From IMG/VR virus record IMGVR_UViG_2563366912_000005: 31,816 nucleotides of DNA; one strand, written 5' to 3'. Of this stretch, positions 1-11,192 are shown in pieces. This DNA comes from a virus. Its lineage: Duplodnaviria > Heunggongvirae > Uroviricota > Caudoviricetes. The notes beneath the pieces are model-generated. The model was given only the letters and a program-made list of their open reading frames with translations, was not told the DNA's origin and made no database searches. Both the position numbers and the translations under genes were made by a program. Position 1 is the first letter of the stretch. Every line of letters begins with the position of its first letter.

Positions 1-749
<749 letters not shown>

Positions 750-806
750 GTTCTCCACCTGCAAAAAAGCCCCGGATAACCGGGGCAAATGATGAGTATC
801 GTCCTG

Positions 807-1550
807 TTAACCTTCGGCGCTGACAGCCACCGTAGCCACTGCCACAAAATCGCCGTCAGAAGTCATGCCCACAATGCTGACACTGCCCTGCTTCACGCCT
901 TTCACCGTGGCCACAAGCCCGTTCAGGGTCACCGTGGCAGTCTGTGGATCTGTCGAATGCACACTGATCGCTTTGTCACTGGCTCCGTCAGGTTTTACTG
1001 TAAAGGTCAGCGTGGTGGTTGCTCCCACTTTTACACTGGCAGATGCCGGTGCCACCGTCAGCCCGGTAACGCCCACGGTTTCAGTGCCTTCCTCTGCCAG
1101 ATACGGACGCCCCACACCGCTGATTTTCACTGTGCGGGTCATCACGTCTTTTGAAGCAATGGTTTTACCCAGTGAACTCAGCCAGCCACGGAAAACATCA
1201 ACAGTACCGTTGGGATATTTGATACGAAACGCGCAGACTTCACCGGAGTCGAACAACTGAACCAGTTTTTTCTGCCCGCTGTCCCCCGGACGCCAGGCCA
1301 GCGTCGCCGAAGTATCACCGACTGATTTCTGCCCCTGGGTTGTCGTTTTCCAGTCTGCATCTTCATCATCGAGATAAGTGTCATCTTCTGCATCAGCGGT
1401 CATTTCGCCAGGTTGCAGATCCTTCACCATCGCAAGACGCAGCCAGTCAGTGTCCGATAAAGGGTTCACAAACGCATCGCCCTTGCCGGTATACATCCAG
1501 AACGTCGTTCCCGCACCTTTCGTTTTTGCCAGTGGATTTGGTGTGGTCAT
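807..1550 (-). CDS. Major tail protein, lambda gpV-like, with C-terminal Ig-like domain
   Basis: MTTPNPLAKTKGAGTTFWMY...YLDDEDADW...FRIKYPNGTVDVFRGW matches lambda gpV as recalled; GGAGGTGG ribosome-binding site before ATG at 1550; the upstream extension in the ORF track is probably not translated. Confidence 0.85.
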   Translation of the reverse strand: MTTPNPLAKTKGAGTTFWMYTGKGDAFVNPLSDTDWLRLAMVKDLQPGEMTADAEDDTYLDDEDADWKTTTQGQKSVGDTSATLAWRPGDSGQKKLVQLFDSGEVCAFRIKYPNGTVDVFRGWLSSLGKTIASKDVMTRTVKISGVGRPYLAEEGTETVGVTGLTVAPASASVKVGATTTLTFTVKPDGASDKAISVHSTDPQTATVTLNGLVATVKGVKQGSVSIVGMTSDGDFVAVATVAVSAEG

Positions 1551-1560
1551 TACCACCTCC

Positions 1561-1962
1561 TTAATTCGTGTACGTGATCTGGTACGTGATTTCCGCCATC
1601 GCCCAGGTGGCCATCTCATTATCACGTTGATAGTTAAAACCGAGTGGGATCAGGGTGTCGATGAGTCCGGAAAGTGCTGGTACATCATTCAGGGCCGGGA
1701 AAATGGTGCTCTCCATCCACATATCCAGCTCTGAATCCGGTGCCTGTGCCCGGATGAAGACAGCAATATGCAGAACAGCCTGCCAGTCATCTTCATCCGT
1801 CATTTTTCCGGTGTACTGAGCATCACTCAGCCACACCGCCACGGCAGGCAGTTCCTGCGCATCAACAAATGCCGGAAGCCCGTCAAAAAACGTGGCGCTG
1901 TCTCCACACTGTTCCCGAAGGCGTGCCAGTACGACCTGGCGGATTTGTGTATGTCGGTTCAT
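1561..1962 (-). CDS. Tail terminator protein, lambda gpU-like
   Basis: ATFFDGLPAFVDAQELPAVAVWLSDAQYTG...PDSELDMWMES resembles lambda gpU as recalled; ATG at 1962 overlaps the gpZ stop in an ATGA arrangement. Confidence 0.8.
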   Translation of the reverse strand: MNRHTQIRQVVLARLREQCGDSATFFDGLPAFVDAQELPAVAVWLSDAQYTGKMTDEDDWQAVLHIAVFIRAQAPDSELDMWMESTIFPALNDVPALSGLIDTLIPLGFNYQRDNEMATWAMAEITYQITYTN

Positions 1963-2537
1963 CGGGTCAGCCATAACCTCAGTTGTTGTTTCAGTGCATA
2001 CCCCAGCTGTTTCGGCATTTCCGCAGCAATGATGTGGTCGCGGGCATCTTCAAATGCCTGTGTCAGCGGTCCGGACAGCGGGATTTTCACCACATCAATG
2101 GGGTAACGATTTTTGCCATCAATACGTCGCATCACATGCCAGCGACCATTCGCCAGTTGCTGAATAAACGCATCCCGGAAAAGATATTTACCCACCTTCA
2201 GCACACTGCCACGGTACTGCAGTTTTCCACCACGCCGGGCCAGTCTGACCCGGGCTGTCCCCAGCTTAATGGCGGGCAGATTGCCCCGGTTAACGCGGAT
2301 CCTGGCCGTCATTTTTCCTGACGGACTGGCTTTAAACACCCGGACACGCTGACGTACCAGTTTCAGGGGGATCCCTTTCACCTGGTTATCTCCCGCAACG
2401 GTATTCCCGGCAACCTGCCGGGGGGCAACCGAGACCGCTTTCTGTGCCACACGGTTTATCGCCCATGCGCTGGCCTGTGGCACCATACGGGTATCAAGGC
2501 TGTTCAGATTGCGGATGGCATTCTCAAGCCCCTTCAT
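1959..2537 (-). CDS. Minor tail / tail completion protein, lambda gpZ-like
   Basis: MKGLENAIRNLNSL...VAGDNQVKGIP...KNRYPIDVVKIPL resembles lambda gpZ as recalled; GAGGTG ribosome-binding site before ATG at 2537. Confidence 0.8.
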   Translation of the reverse strand: MKGLENAIRNLNSLDTRMVPQASAWAINRVAQKAVSVAPRQVAGNTVAGDNQVKGIPLKLVRQRVRVFKASPSGKMTARIRVNRGNLPAIKLGTARVRLARRGGKLQYRGSVLKVGKYLFRDAFIQQLANGRWHVMRRIDGKNRYPIDVVKIPLSGPLTQAFEDARDHIIAAEMPKQLGYALKQQLRLWLTR

Positions 2538-2548
2538 CCCACACCTCA

Positions 2549-2824
2549 TTACTCAATAAAGATCATTGGCTTACCGTTAAAACGTTCATGCCGTGTGACC
2601 GTCCATTGTTGTCCGTCATAAACAACGCGATCCCCGCGCCGTGGGCGGTATCCCGAAGAAAACACCACCAGAGAGACCGCAGGTCCGGACAGAGCATTCA
2701 GCTCTGCCAGTGTTTCTCCCGGGATCACAGTCATATCGACATCATTAATCGAGGCTGTCTTTCCCATCTTTCTGACCGTGATCGCATCCATACGCGCTGC
2801 CAGCCGGGAAAAGGGATCAGACAT
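2549..2824 (-). CDS. Head-tail joining protein (gpFII-like by position)
   Basis: 91-aa ORF between the head module and gpZ in the conserved lambda order; assigned by synteny and size rather than clear sequence recall. Confidence 0.5.
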   Translation of the reverse strand: MSDPFSRLAARMDAITVRKMGKTASINDVDMTVIPGETLAELNALSGPAVSLVVFSSGYRPRRGDRVVYDGQQWTVTRHERFNGKPMIFIE

Positions 2825-3140
2825 TGAGTTTTACCGGCACTTCTTCTGCACTGGTTCCGGCATCTGCCCAGACAACCCCGACCAGCGGATCAGAGCCGCT
2901 GTTAGTCAGCTGAACTTTTCCTGACTTCAGATAAACCTTCTTACCCGTTTTCATGTCATCCGTTTTCAGCTTAGGCAGCATAAACACACCTTCGGTTATG
3001 CCGTCGCCTGTTTCTCCCTGTGGAATATCGGTCAGCGCCACCGCAAAAACATCACCCACCTGCACCAGATCTCCGCTGCTGATGGCTGCACTTGCAACAA
3101 TCGCCACCGTTTTTCCTTCTTCTACAAAATTCTTTGCCAT
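2817..3140 (-). CDS. Small capsid-associated structural protein (DUF2190-like), downstream of major capsid
   Basis: ORF with GGAGA ribosome-binding site before ATG at 3140 (MAKNFVEEGK...); position immediately after the capsid gene. Confidence 0.5.
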   Translation of the reverse strand: MAKNFVEEGKTVAIVASAAISSGDLVQVGDVFAVALTDIPQGETGDGITEGVFMLPKLKTDDMKTGKKVYLKSGKVQLTNSGSDPLVGVVWADAGTSAEEVPVKLNV

Positions 3141-3183
3141 AACTGTCTCCGCACAGCCCCGTTCAGGGGCTGATTTCAGGTAC

Positions 3184-3202
3184 AAAAAAAGCCCTTACGG
3201 GC
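3184..3202 (-). terminator. Rho-independent terminator after the capsid gene
   Basis: GC hairpin gccc-ttac-gggc; on the minus strand it is followed by a run of seven T. Confidence 0.5.
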
Positions 3203-3226
3203 CATCAGAGTTGTTGTCTGCGACGT

Positions 3227-5185
3227 TTACGCCGTACATTTCACCAGGCCGCGGTGATCAACTGGCGCAACACCAGCGTCAATACGCACTTTCGTTGTCA
3301 CGCCATCCACACTGAAGCCCTCCATCTGATCAATATATGGCGTATCCACACCGTTGAGATAAGCCACTTCAATCGTATCGGAGCCTTTGGACGCAGCCAG
3401 GTAGAAGGTGGTCTGGCTGTTATCATCAAGACGAGGCTCTGCAATAACGGTCGCAAAATCTTTCACCGGGTTAATAATACCGGCGTTAATGTCAGCCCCC
3501 TTGACACTTGAGGAGCGAATGACCTGGTTAGCAACAGACTCCATCGCCGTCGGTACCAGTACGAACGCAGGACGAATATTCAGATGACGCTCACCCTCTT
3601 TCTGAACGCGCATCAACTGGCGGGCTTTATCCAGCGATGCCACGTCCATTGCCGCGCTCTCCAGTACGTTTGCATGTTTCGCTTTATCGAACAGACTTAC
3701 ATTATCTGTGGAGATTTTCGGGTTAGACGTCAGAATGGCATAAACCAGATCGGCAATAGTGGATTTCGCCGCACGGCCCAGCTTCATCGGGACATCGGTC
3801 AGCATATTCAGATCATCATTGATAATGGCCTGACGGGTGATACTGAACAGCTCGCCATAGGTCGCCAGTGCAATAGTGGCCTGTTTATCTCCGGTGGTGA
3901 CGTATTTATATTCTGCCCCTTCACGCACCTGACGCAGAGCACTGAAGCCCCCCATACCCACACGATGGGCAATTTTAAAATCAGACAACTGACCTTTCCG
4001 CGTCCACTGTTCATAGGTTTCAGGGGCATCTTCCCAGCCCTGCAGAATGGCTTTGTTCGCAACATCCAGCAGAATATTACCGAAGTCAGACGTACTGTGT
4101 ATGAACGCCGCACCGACCATCTGCATCGGGTTATAACTGGAAACACCAATACCACGTTCAGTCAGTGACATACGGGCATATTCACGCAGGGTCATCCCGT
4201 TGTAGACATTATCACGTTCAGTTTTTTCAAACCCGGCGCGCGCCATCAGCGCCTGGCGGATCCCGTCCCCCACAAAATTACCGTTACCGGCATAAATATG
4301 AGCCGGGGTATTTTTATTGGATGGCGTGGACTCGCGCCCCATCTCGTTCAACAGCTTTTCGCGGGCCTGCTCCAGCGAACATTCAGGATCGGCAAGACAC
4401 TGAGCCTGCAACGACTGATAACGCCCGCCAAACATGGCAAACAGATCATTAATACCGTTTACACGCGCTTTTTGCTCTGCCAGGACCTGCGCACGGATGC
4501 TGTTTTCATCCACCACGGGTGCTGCTGCCTGCACTGGCGTCCGGGAGGCTGCAGGTCCATCATCCTGTACGCGTGGAGCACTGTTGCGTGGCGGAGTAAT
4601 CATATTTCGAATGGATTCCGGCATCTTTTTAAATTCCTCTGTACGTTTTGACTGAATACATGCCATTGCCTTAACGGCTGGTGTCACCTGATCAGCAAAT
4701 CCCTGTGCCAGACATTCGGCACCGGACATCCAGGTCTCATCCGCCAGCATGGCAGCAATTTCATCGGTGGTTTTCCCGGTTTTCTGTGCATAAGCGGGTA
4801 ACAGAACCGCCTCAACTCTATCGAGCAGGTCGGCATAGGTGCGCATGTCCTCCGCATCACCGCCCGTAAAGCCAAATGGTTTATGAATCATCATGAAGGT
4901 GTTTTCCGGCATAATGACCGGGTTTCCTACCATCGCAATGACCGACGCCATTGACGCCGCCACACCGTCGACATAAACGGTAATGGACGCACCATGTGTT
5001 TTCAGCGCATTAAAAATGGCGATGCCTTCAAAGACATCGCCACCCGGTGAATTAATATGGAGATTAATGTGGGTGATATCGCCCAGTGCATTCAGATCAC
5101 TGATAAACTGCTTCGCTGTAACACCCCAGAAACCAATCTCGTCATAAATATAAATATCCGCGTCACTCTGGTGACCAGCCTGCAT
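3227..5185 (-). CDS. Fused prohead protease (ClpP / S14-like) and HK97-fold major capsid protein
   Basis: N-terminal part IYIYDEIGFWG...INSPGGDVFEG...MASVIAMVG is ClpP-like; C-terminal ~400 aa reads as a major capsid; one continuous frame; start taken at MQAGHQSD (ATG at 5185) just after the portal stop. Confidence 0.8.
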   Translation of the reverse strand: MQAGHQSDADIYIYDEIGFWGVTAKQFISDLNALGDITHINLHINSPGGDVFEGIAIFNALKTHGASITVYVDGVAASMASVIAMVGNPVIMPENTFMMIHKPFGFTGGDAEDMRTYADLLDRVEAVLLPAYAQKTGKTTDEIAAMLADETWMSGAECLAQGFADQVTPAVKAMACIQSKRTEEFKKMPESIRNMITPPRNSAPRVQDDGPAASRTPVQAAAPVVDENSIRAQVLAEQKARVNGINDLFAMFGGRYQSLQAQCLADPECSLEQAREKLLNEMGRESTPSNKNTPAHIYAGNGNFVGDGIRQALMARAGFEKTERDNVYNGMTLREYARMSLTERGIGVSSYNPMQMVGAAFIHSTSDFGNILLDVANKAILQGWEDAPETYEQWTRKGQLSDFKIAHRVGMGGFSALRQVREGAEYKYVTTGDKQATIALATYGELFSITRQAIINDDLNMLTDVPMKLGRAAKSTIADLVYAILTSNPKISTDNVSLFDKAKHANVLESAAMDVASLDKARQLMRVQKEGERHLNIRPAFVLVPTAMESVANQVIRSSSVKGADINAGIINPVKDFATVIAEPRLDDNSQTTFYLAASKGSDTIEVAYLNGVDTPYIDQMEGFSVDGVTTKVRIDAGVAPVDHRGLVKCTA

Positions 5186-5198
5186 CCTGAACCAGGAA

Positions 5199-6707
5199 TT
5201 ATTCTTCGGACTGGTCGTCGGTGTGCTGCGGCTCCTGTCGTTTCGTTGCGGCACTACTGCCTCCTTTATCACTGGCCGGATCGGTATCAAATACCAGATC
5301 CAGATTGCGGTTTTCATCAATTTCGGCCTTGCGCCGACGTTTGACATCATCCGGATTACGACCACCAGCACGTACCCAGTCTGATTCTGTCGCCGCTCCA
5401 CCACGAATCTGGATTTTCCAGGCCTCAGCCTCCTTAACAGGGTCAATCCACGGCATCACTGGTCCGGAATACACCGCGGTATACAGTGAAGAACGGTCAA
5501 GATCGCGGGGTAGCCTGATAACACCGGATGCCACAGCCTGTTTCAGCCATGCACGATACATCGGGCGGGTGACGGCACCAATAAACCAGTCCTGCAGGAT
5601 CAGGTAGCCATCAGTGGATTCAACCAGCTCCTGACGCTGGGCGCTGTAAGTGCCGTTATAGTTGCGCGCTGTACTGGAAAAACTCAGACGACTGCCCGCC
5701 GCCACGGCACGCAACTGACCATTACGAAAAGTTTCAAGGTTAGGATTGGGGCGATCCGACTTCACCATTCCGATTTCTTCGCCGGGTTTCAGATCGTCGT
5801 AAATAATGCCCGGCTGAATGGTAAGCTCACGTTCATTCTCCTTTCTGCCATTACCATCCGGTTCATAGCTCTGCCCGTCGCCTTTCCGGATGTACATCCC
5901 CAGAGCAGCGGCGATCCTTGCTGCAGTCAGCTCAGAATCTTCATATTCTTTCAGGGCACTGAGGCGGATCAGCACACCGGACAACAAAGACGTCCCGCGC
6001 ATCTGGTGCAGACGGCGAACAAATTTAAGATGCAGCATTCGCTCTGCATCCACTTCTTTGGTTTCCATCTGCCGTCCGGATACGGGACGGCTTTTATACA
6101 CCAGATATTTTTCGGGACGCCCCCAGTCATCAACAAACACGCCCTGATTCAGCCTGTTGCTCTCATCACTGGTCATGGGAATAAAGTCCGGCTCGAGCGC
6201 CTCCAGCCAGAAATGAACACCGGCAGAAGGCGCCAGGCTGTTTATGCGCCCGGAAACCATCTGGGCAAACACCTCACCATCGCGCAGCCAGGTACGAAGC
6301 ATCAGACGTTCCAGCATCGGACGGGTAAACTGCCCGGTGACTTCCGGGCTGACAGACCATTCACTCCATCGGGTGCGAATCTCCGCAGCCAGGTCACGGG
6401 CAATGGCCCCATTGCGTAATACCGGATGTGGCTCGACAATAATCCCGTTTTTCCCCACCACCCGTTCTTCCAGCTTGTCAAATACACCAATAACCAGATC
6501 GTGGTTGTTATCAAGGTAACGGGCCTGCTCACGTAACGACACGGCCCCGTACTGGCTTAACTGGTCGGCAGTTCGGTTCTCCCGTCGGGCTTTGTGTGTC
6601 CGCGTCGTTTTTACGGCCTCATAAGCCTGGATCACCGCACGGGAACGCAGCCTTGCCGCTTTCCATCCTGGTGAAAAAACGCCAATCACATCATCAAGAA
6701 TTGCCAT
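5199..6707 (-). CDS. Portal protein, lambda gpB-like
   Basis: About 500-aa ORF between gpW and the protease/capsid gene; start ATG at 6707 overlaps the gpW stop (ATGA) and has a GGCGAGG ribosome-binding site. Confidence 0.8.
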   Translation of the reverse strand: MAILDDVIGVFSPGWKAARLRSRAVIQAYEAVKTTRTHKARRENRTADQLSQYGAVSLREQARYLDNNHDLVIGVFDKLEERVVGKNGIIVEPHPVLRNGAIARDLAAEIRTRWSEWSVSPEVTGQFTRPMLERLMLRTWLRDGEVFAQMVSGRINSLAPSAGVHFWLEALEPDFIPMTSDESNRLNQGVFVDDWGRPEKYLVYKSRPVSGRQMETKEVDAERMLHLKFVRRLHQMRGTSLLSGVLIRLSALKEYEDSELTAARIAAALGMYIRKGDGQSYEPDGNGRKENERELTIQPGIIYDDLKPGEEIGMVKSDRPNPNLETFRNGQLRAVAAGSRLSFSSTARNYNGTYSAQRQELVESTDGYLILQDWFIGAVTRPMYRAWLKQAVASGVIRLPRDLDRSSLYTAVYSGPVMPWIDPVKEAEAWKIQIRGGAATESDWVRAGGRNPDDVKRRRKAEIDENRNLDLVFDTDPASDKGGSSAATKRQEPQHTDDQSEE

Positions 6708-6925
6708 CAGAACCTCGCCAGCCGGTACCCGGGATGCCCCCGTCGTCGTGTAATCAGAGCCGCAAGGCGGCGCTCCCACTCCTGCCGTCCCTGCCGGATC
6801 TCAGATAAGTTTTCCATGGTCATCTGCTGACCATTAAAGGTGACGGATTTTCCGTCCAGCACCGCCATTTCAGCTTCCGTATAACGCTGAATCATGGCTT
6901 CGATATCATTCTGGTTCATAACCAT
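6707..6925 (-). CDS. Head completion / head-tail joining protein, lambda gpW-like
   Basis: 72 aa ending ...RRRGHPGYRLARF, like the lambda gpW C-terminus as recalled; lies between terminase large subunit and portal. Confidence 0.7.
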   Translation of the reverse strand: MVMNQNDIEAMIQRYTEAEMAVLDGKSVTFNGQQMTMENLSEIRQGRQEWERRLAALITRRRGHPGYRLARF

Positions 6926-9015
6926 CCTCCGGAAGTCAGCCAGGGGTTAACATCGTCAGTTACTGTTTTCTTCCGTTTTTGTTTTTTAACAGGCGTGGAT
7001 ACCGGTTCCGGTGAGGATGACGGTTCGGTACTGTCCTGGACACACTCCAGCCAGGTCTCCCGGCTCGCCCACTCCGGTGCATCCGGCCAGCGGATCTTTT
7101 CGTATCCATGCAGAATGACCAGAGCCTCGGCATACACCATCAGGTCAAAAGCTTCGTTGGCACCGCGACCCGGCTTACTCCATTTCCCGTCACTGCTCCG
7201 CTCTTCATACATCAGTTCGTCGTAAAACCAGCTCCCCAGCCAGTCAGGGAAATGCACATAGCCTGGACCTGGCGAGTCACGCCATAACGCGTTATTCACC
7301 CGGTCTTTCAGGGCATCCGTCTGAAGAAGCCAGAGCGGCACATCACCTGCGGCCTGCGCCCGGCGGCCCGTTCGTCCGGTGTTATCAGGGAATGTACGGC
7401 TGATCAGTTTTGCGCGCCGGATGCTGTCACCCTTAAACAGGTAAATACGTTTACCAAGGCCATCACGACGGCAACGACGCCAGAATTTATAGGCATTATC
7501 AGTGACCCCGTCTTCACCGCCGGAGTCCACCGCCATTGCCATCAGTCGCATTTGTTGAGAAGGATCGGAGGCCAGCGGCCAGCTTTTATGAAAAACATCC
7601 GTCAGCAGGACATCCCAGTCTTCCGGATAGCTGGCCGGATCAATTCGCTGGCTCTCCCCGTCGCAGTCACTGCGCAATGACTGCGTGATGTTGTAACGAT
7701 CAATAATCCAGCGTTCGCCACGACTGCCATAGCCCGTTACCTGAACCACAAAACGGCGATGACGTCCCGCCTGCACATCCACTGTCGCCACAAGGAAATT
7801 AACGCCATCCGGCACACTGCGGGAAGGAACTGGCTCTGCCCGCTGCTCAAGCAGTTCACTTTTTCGTTGCTCCATGCTGGCACGAGGAAGATAAGGCAAT
7901 CCCCAGTCGGTGTTGATAACCGCCCTGAGTGTTTCTTCGCTTCCTGTCGCTTCATACTCCTGTTCTGCAGTCAGTAATTTGTAAACCAGTTGCGCCCAGG
8001 TCTGATACGCAGCAGCTGGCCCTTCCATCCAGAAACTGGCGATACGGGAGCGGCGCGGTTCACCGGAAACGTTGCCGTTACGATCAATGACCTGACCTTC
8101 ACGCAACCAGACTCCTGCACTATTGAGCTCACGCTTTTTCTCCGCAGTGATAATGCCGCTGCAGTGCGGGCAAAGTAGATACGCCGCCTCACTGGCTTTA
8201 AAGGGATCCGGTTCATTACGGTAGCCGGTCATGGCATCCATGGCTGGCTGAAAATATTCACCGCAGTGCGGACATGACCAGTACCAGCGGCGGCGGTCAC
8301 CACGATTGTAAAGGGAAAGAATACCAGTCGTCGGTGGCGCTTCATGAGGCGACTTACGTCGCCATTTGCTGTCGCAGATGTCACGTCCCGGCGAGCTCTC
8401 CACCAGAGTCATCCCGGCGGACATAAATGTGGTGGTACGTTTTGAGGCCAGGGAGAAACCATCACCCTCGCTGTCGATATTCTCCGGAAAACGGTCGTAA
8501 TCGGTTAAGGCGACAAACCGGTAATCCGACGACGACATAATGTTGACCGAGGGCCAACCAATTTTAAGGAACGAGCCATCCCTGAACGTCTTATCATGGA
8601 CATTATTGTCGTTACGACGTGGACTCATTCTTTTCTTTACCGCCGCACTGCTTCTGAACGTTCTGTCGAGGCGCTTTTTAGAATGCTCGCGGGCCTTATC
8701 TTCGGTCATCTGCACAACGAGCATGTCCGAAGGATCGCAAACGATGGTATAGACAATCCATCCATCGATCAGACCAATGGTCTTCCCTGTTCGCGCAGGA
8801 CCAACAAAAATCACCGCATCGTATTCACGCGATGCCAGGCAGTTCATGGGCTCAATGATGTAGGGTGTCAGTTCAGGATCCCATGGCACCGAGTTACCAG
8901 CCCCCTTGGGAACACGCATGAATTTTTTAACAGCCTCCGAAATCGGCATGCGACGTGGTGGGGAAAATCCTGCCGATATGTCCCTTCCCAAATTTCGGGC
9001 TGATGAAAAACCCAT
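6916..9015 (-). CDS. Terminase large subunit, lambda gpA-like
   Basis: 699 aa with CPHCGEYF zinc-ribbon-like motif and VHFPDW as in lambda gpA; AGGAGG ribosome-binding site 5 nt before ATG at 9015. Confidence 0.85.
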   Translation of the reverse strand: MGFSSARNLGRDISAGFSPPRRMPISEAVKKFMRVPKGAGNSVPWDPELTPYIIEPMNCLASREYDAVIFVGPARTGKTIGLIDGWIVYTIVCDPSDMLVVQMTEDKAREHSKKRLDRTFRSSAAVKKRMSPRRNDNNVHDKTFRDGSFLKIGWPSVNIMSSSDYRFVALTDYDRFPENIDSEGDGFSLASKRTTTFMSAGMTLVESSPGRDICDSKWRRKSPHEAPPTTGILSLYNRGDRRRWYWSCPHCGEYFQPAMDAMTGYRNEPDPFKASEAAYLLCPHCSGIITAEKKRELNSAGVWLREGQVIDRNGNVSGEPRRSRIASFWMEGPAAAYQTWAQLVYKLLTAEQEYEATGSEETLRAVINTDWGLPYLPRASMEQRKSELLEQRAEPVPSRSVPDGVNFLVATVDVQAGRHRRFVVQVTGYGSRGERWIIDRYNITQSLRSDCDGESQRIDPASYPEDWDVLLTDVFHKSWPLASDPSQQMRLMAMAVDSGGEDGVTDNAYKFWRRCRRDGLGKRIYLFKGDSIRRAKLISRTFPDNTGRTGRRAQAAGDVPLWLLQTDALKDRVNNALWRDSPGPGYVHFPDWLGSWFYDELMYEERSSDGKWSKPGRGANEAFDLMVYAEALVILHGYEKIRWPDAPEWASRETWLECVQDSTEPSSSPEPVSTPVKKQKRKKTVTDDVNPWLTSGGWL

Positions 9016-9023
9016 TATTCCTC

Positions 9024-9551
9024 CTAGAGACTCTCTCCTTCCTCATCAGGAATTAATTCAGCAGCACAAGCCTCGTAGGATTTTTCCTGAAGAGTGTATC
9101 GCAGGTCATCAATGGCCTGCTGTACAACGCCGACGGCCTGAGGAGTCAGGGCGCAATCGCGTTCAAGAACATCCGGAATTGTCTCCAGAACCTGGACGAC
9201 AGCCTTTCTCATGGACGAATAGACGATGACTACTTCATCAACGGGGATGAGTTTTCGCTGCTCCTTTTCCAGCTTGATCCTTTCATTTTCAGATTGGTAC
9301 CAGTCCTTTCTCTCTTTCGGCTCCATACGGGATGGATCATGAACAGAGTCTGCTGCCTCATGCTTCACACTAAACAGGGCTGGCCCGACATGCTGCAGGG
9401 CGTAAACGGGGTTCCCCCTGATAGTCGCAGCCACAGGAGTGTTGGCCGCGAGGAGCCGTTTTTTTACTGTGTCCCGGTGAAGCCCAAAGGCCTCAGCGAT
9501 TTTAAAAACACTCCAGTAATAAGCATCACCGATCCCGCTCACATTTGACAT
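9024..9551 (-). CDS. Terminase small subunit (Nu1-like)
   Basis: Directly upstream of terminase large; start assigned to MSNVSGIGDAYYW with a GGAG ribosome-binding site; the ORF could extend to 9581. Confidence 0.6.
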   Translation of the reverse strand: MSNVSGIGDAYYWSVFKIAEAFGLHRDTVKKRLLAANTPVAATIRGNPVYALQHVGPALFSVKHEAADSVHDPSRMEPKERKDWYQSENERIKLEKEQRKLIPVDEVVIVYSSMRKAVVQVLETIPDVLERDCALTPQAVGVVQQAIDDLRYTLQEKSYEACAAELIPDEEGESL

Positions 9552-10114
9552 AAGCAACTCCATCTGGCAGGTGAAAATCATGTTTATTTATATATTTCAA
9601 TTAATTGCAAACTGGTCTAATGACAGGGAGAAAAAAATATTGTACAGGTGAAAAGAGAAATAACTTTTAATTATCAATAAATTACCAAACATGCTGCCGC
9701 CGCCATGGAAATGCAAAAACTAGCCTTTTTCCGCGACGCTCCCGCCCCGTGGCAGGGGCCCCCACCGGGAGGACCCGACAGCCTGACAGCCTGACAGCCG
9801 TGATGAGCATCTGATACAGCGCTTTACATAATGGCATAGGAATAATTCAGAAGGACATCACAGCATGCCCACACAAATTAGTGTGAGTGTCCTGTTTCTT
9901 CCTACGCACAGGACTGACGAGCATGAGGGGAAAATATGCGAACCATAAATGCCTCATCTTCAGCAATGCAACCGGCATCCGAACAGGACGATATTGTAAA
10001 TTCACCTAATTACGAGGACATTGCAGTAGTTGAATTGCAGCTCTGTATTAGCCTGACAGTGACAGAATGCGATATTGACTCTGTCACAGGTGAAATAGTT
10101 TGAATGATTAGCAG

Positions 10115-10330
10115 TTATGGTGCCCAGTCAACCACCAGGGAATAATCCTTCGAATTCTTATCGTGCTTCACCAACGCTGCCTCAATTGCCCTGAATGCTT
10201 CCAGAGACACCTGATGTTCTATACATGCAATTACAACATCCGGGTAACTCATAGAAATGGTGCTATTAAGCATATTTTTTACACGAATCAGATCCAACGA
10301 GAGTTCATCAGCAGATTGTTCTTTATTCAT
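10115..10330 (-). CDS. Small acidic hypothetical protein
   Basis: 71-aa ORF with GGAGCG ribosome-binding site 7 nt before the ATG; function unknown. Confidence 0.45.
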   Translation of the reverse strand: MNKEQSADELSLDLIRVKNMLNSTISMSYPDVVIACIEHQVSLEAFRAIEAALVKHDKNSKDYSLVVDWAP

Positions 10331-10630
10331 TTTGTCGCTCCATGCGTTTGCTCGTCATCTAGCGGTTAAAATATTACTTCAAATCTTACTGCATAAAAGA
10401 GGAAAAGTATGAAAGTTTGAGTACATCGACCTTACATACATCTGTCGGTTGCATATCCCTCCTGGATGCCAGCAAGGCTCAATTTTGTTACGCAATCAAC
10501 ACTATTCATCAAAAACAGGCTTAATATTTGACATAAATCATCAACAAAACACAAAGAGGTCAGACCAGATTGAAACAATAAACACGATAATGCTAACTAC
10601 GCGCCATCGTATCACATGGAAGGTTTACCA

Positions 10631-11041
10631 ATGGCTCAGGCTGCCATTTTTAAAGAAATATTCGATCAAGTGCGTAAAGATTTAAACTGTGAATTATTTT
10701 ATTCTGAGCTAAAACGTCACAATGTCTCACTTTATATTTACTATTTAGCCACAGATAATATTCACATTGTGTTAGAAAACGACAACATAGTGTTAGTAAA
10801 AGGACTCAAAAAGGTTGTAAATGTTAAATTCTCCAGAAACAAACATCTTATAGAGACCTCCTATAATAAGTTGAAATCAAAAGAAATCACATTTCAACAA
10901 TACAGGGAAAATCTTGCTAAAGCAGGAGTTTTCCGATGGGTTACAAATATCCAGGAACACCAAAGATATTACTATGCCTTTGATAACTCATTACTATTTA
11001 CTGAAAGCATCCAGAAAACTACACAGATCTTACCACGCTAA
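10631..11041 (+). CDS. ydfO: DUF1398-type small prophage protein, YdfO-like
   Basis: From [16 protein letters not shown] the product is 136 aa, matching the Qin-prophage YdfO as recalled. Confidence 0.6.
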   Translation: MAQAAIFKEIFDQVRKDLNCELFYSELKRHNVSLYIYYLATDNIHIVLENDNIVLVKGLKKVVNVKFSRNKHLIETSYNKLKSKEITFQQYRENLAKAGVFRWVTNIQEHQRYYYAFDNSLLFTESIQKTTQILPR

Positions 11042-11192
11042 ACCATAACGTCCGGCTTCTCTCACTCCTGAGCCGGACTGCATTGGTTTAATAAAAACCA
11101 TCAACAATTGTGATTTAGATATTCGGAACCATTCAAATATAACAAAACCCCGTAAAAACGAGGTTTATGGATAAATTTTATTATTGAATACA

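Noticed and set aside
865-1260. 131-aa plus-strand ORF antisense to the major tail gene
   Set aside because: Antisense shadow ORF within the gpV coding region.
3584-4651. Several plus-strand ORFs (194, 95, 117 aa) inside the protease/capsid gene
   Set aside because: Antisense frames of a GC-rich, well-supported gene; they lie against the direction of the whole morphogenesis operon.
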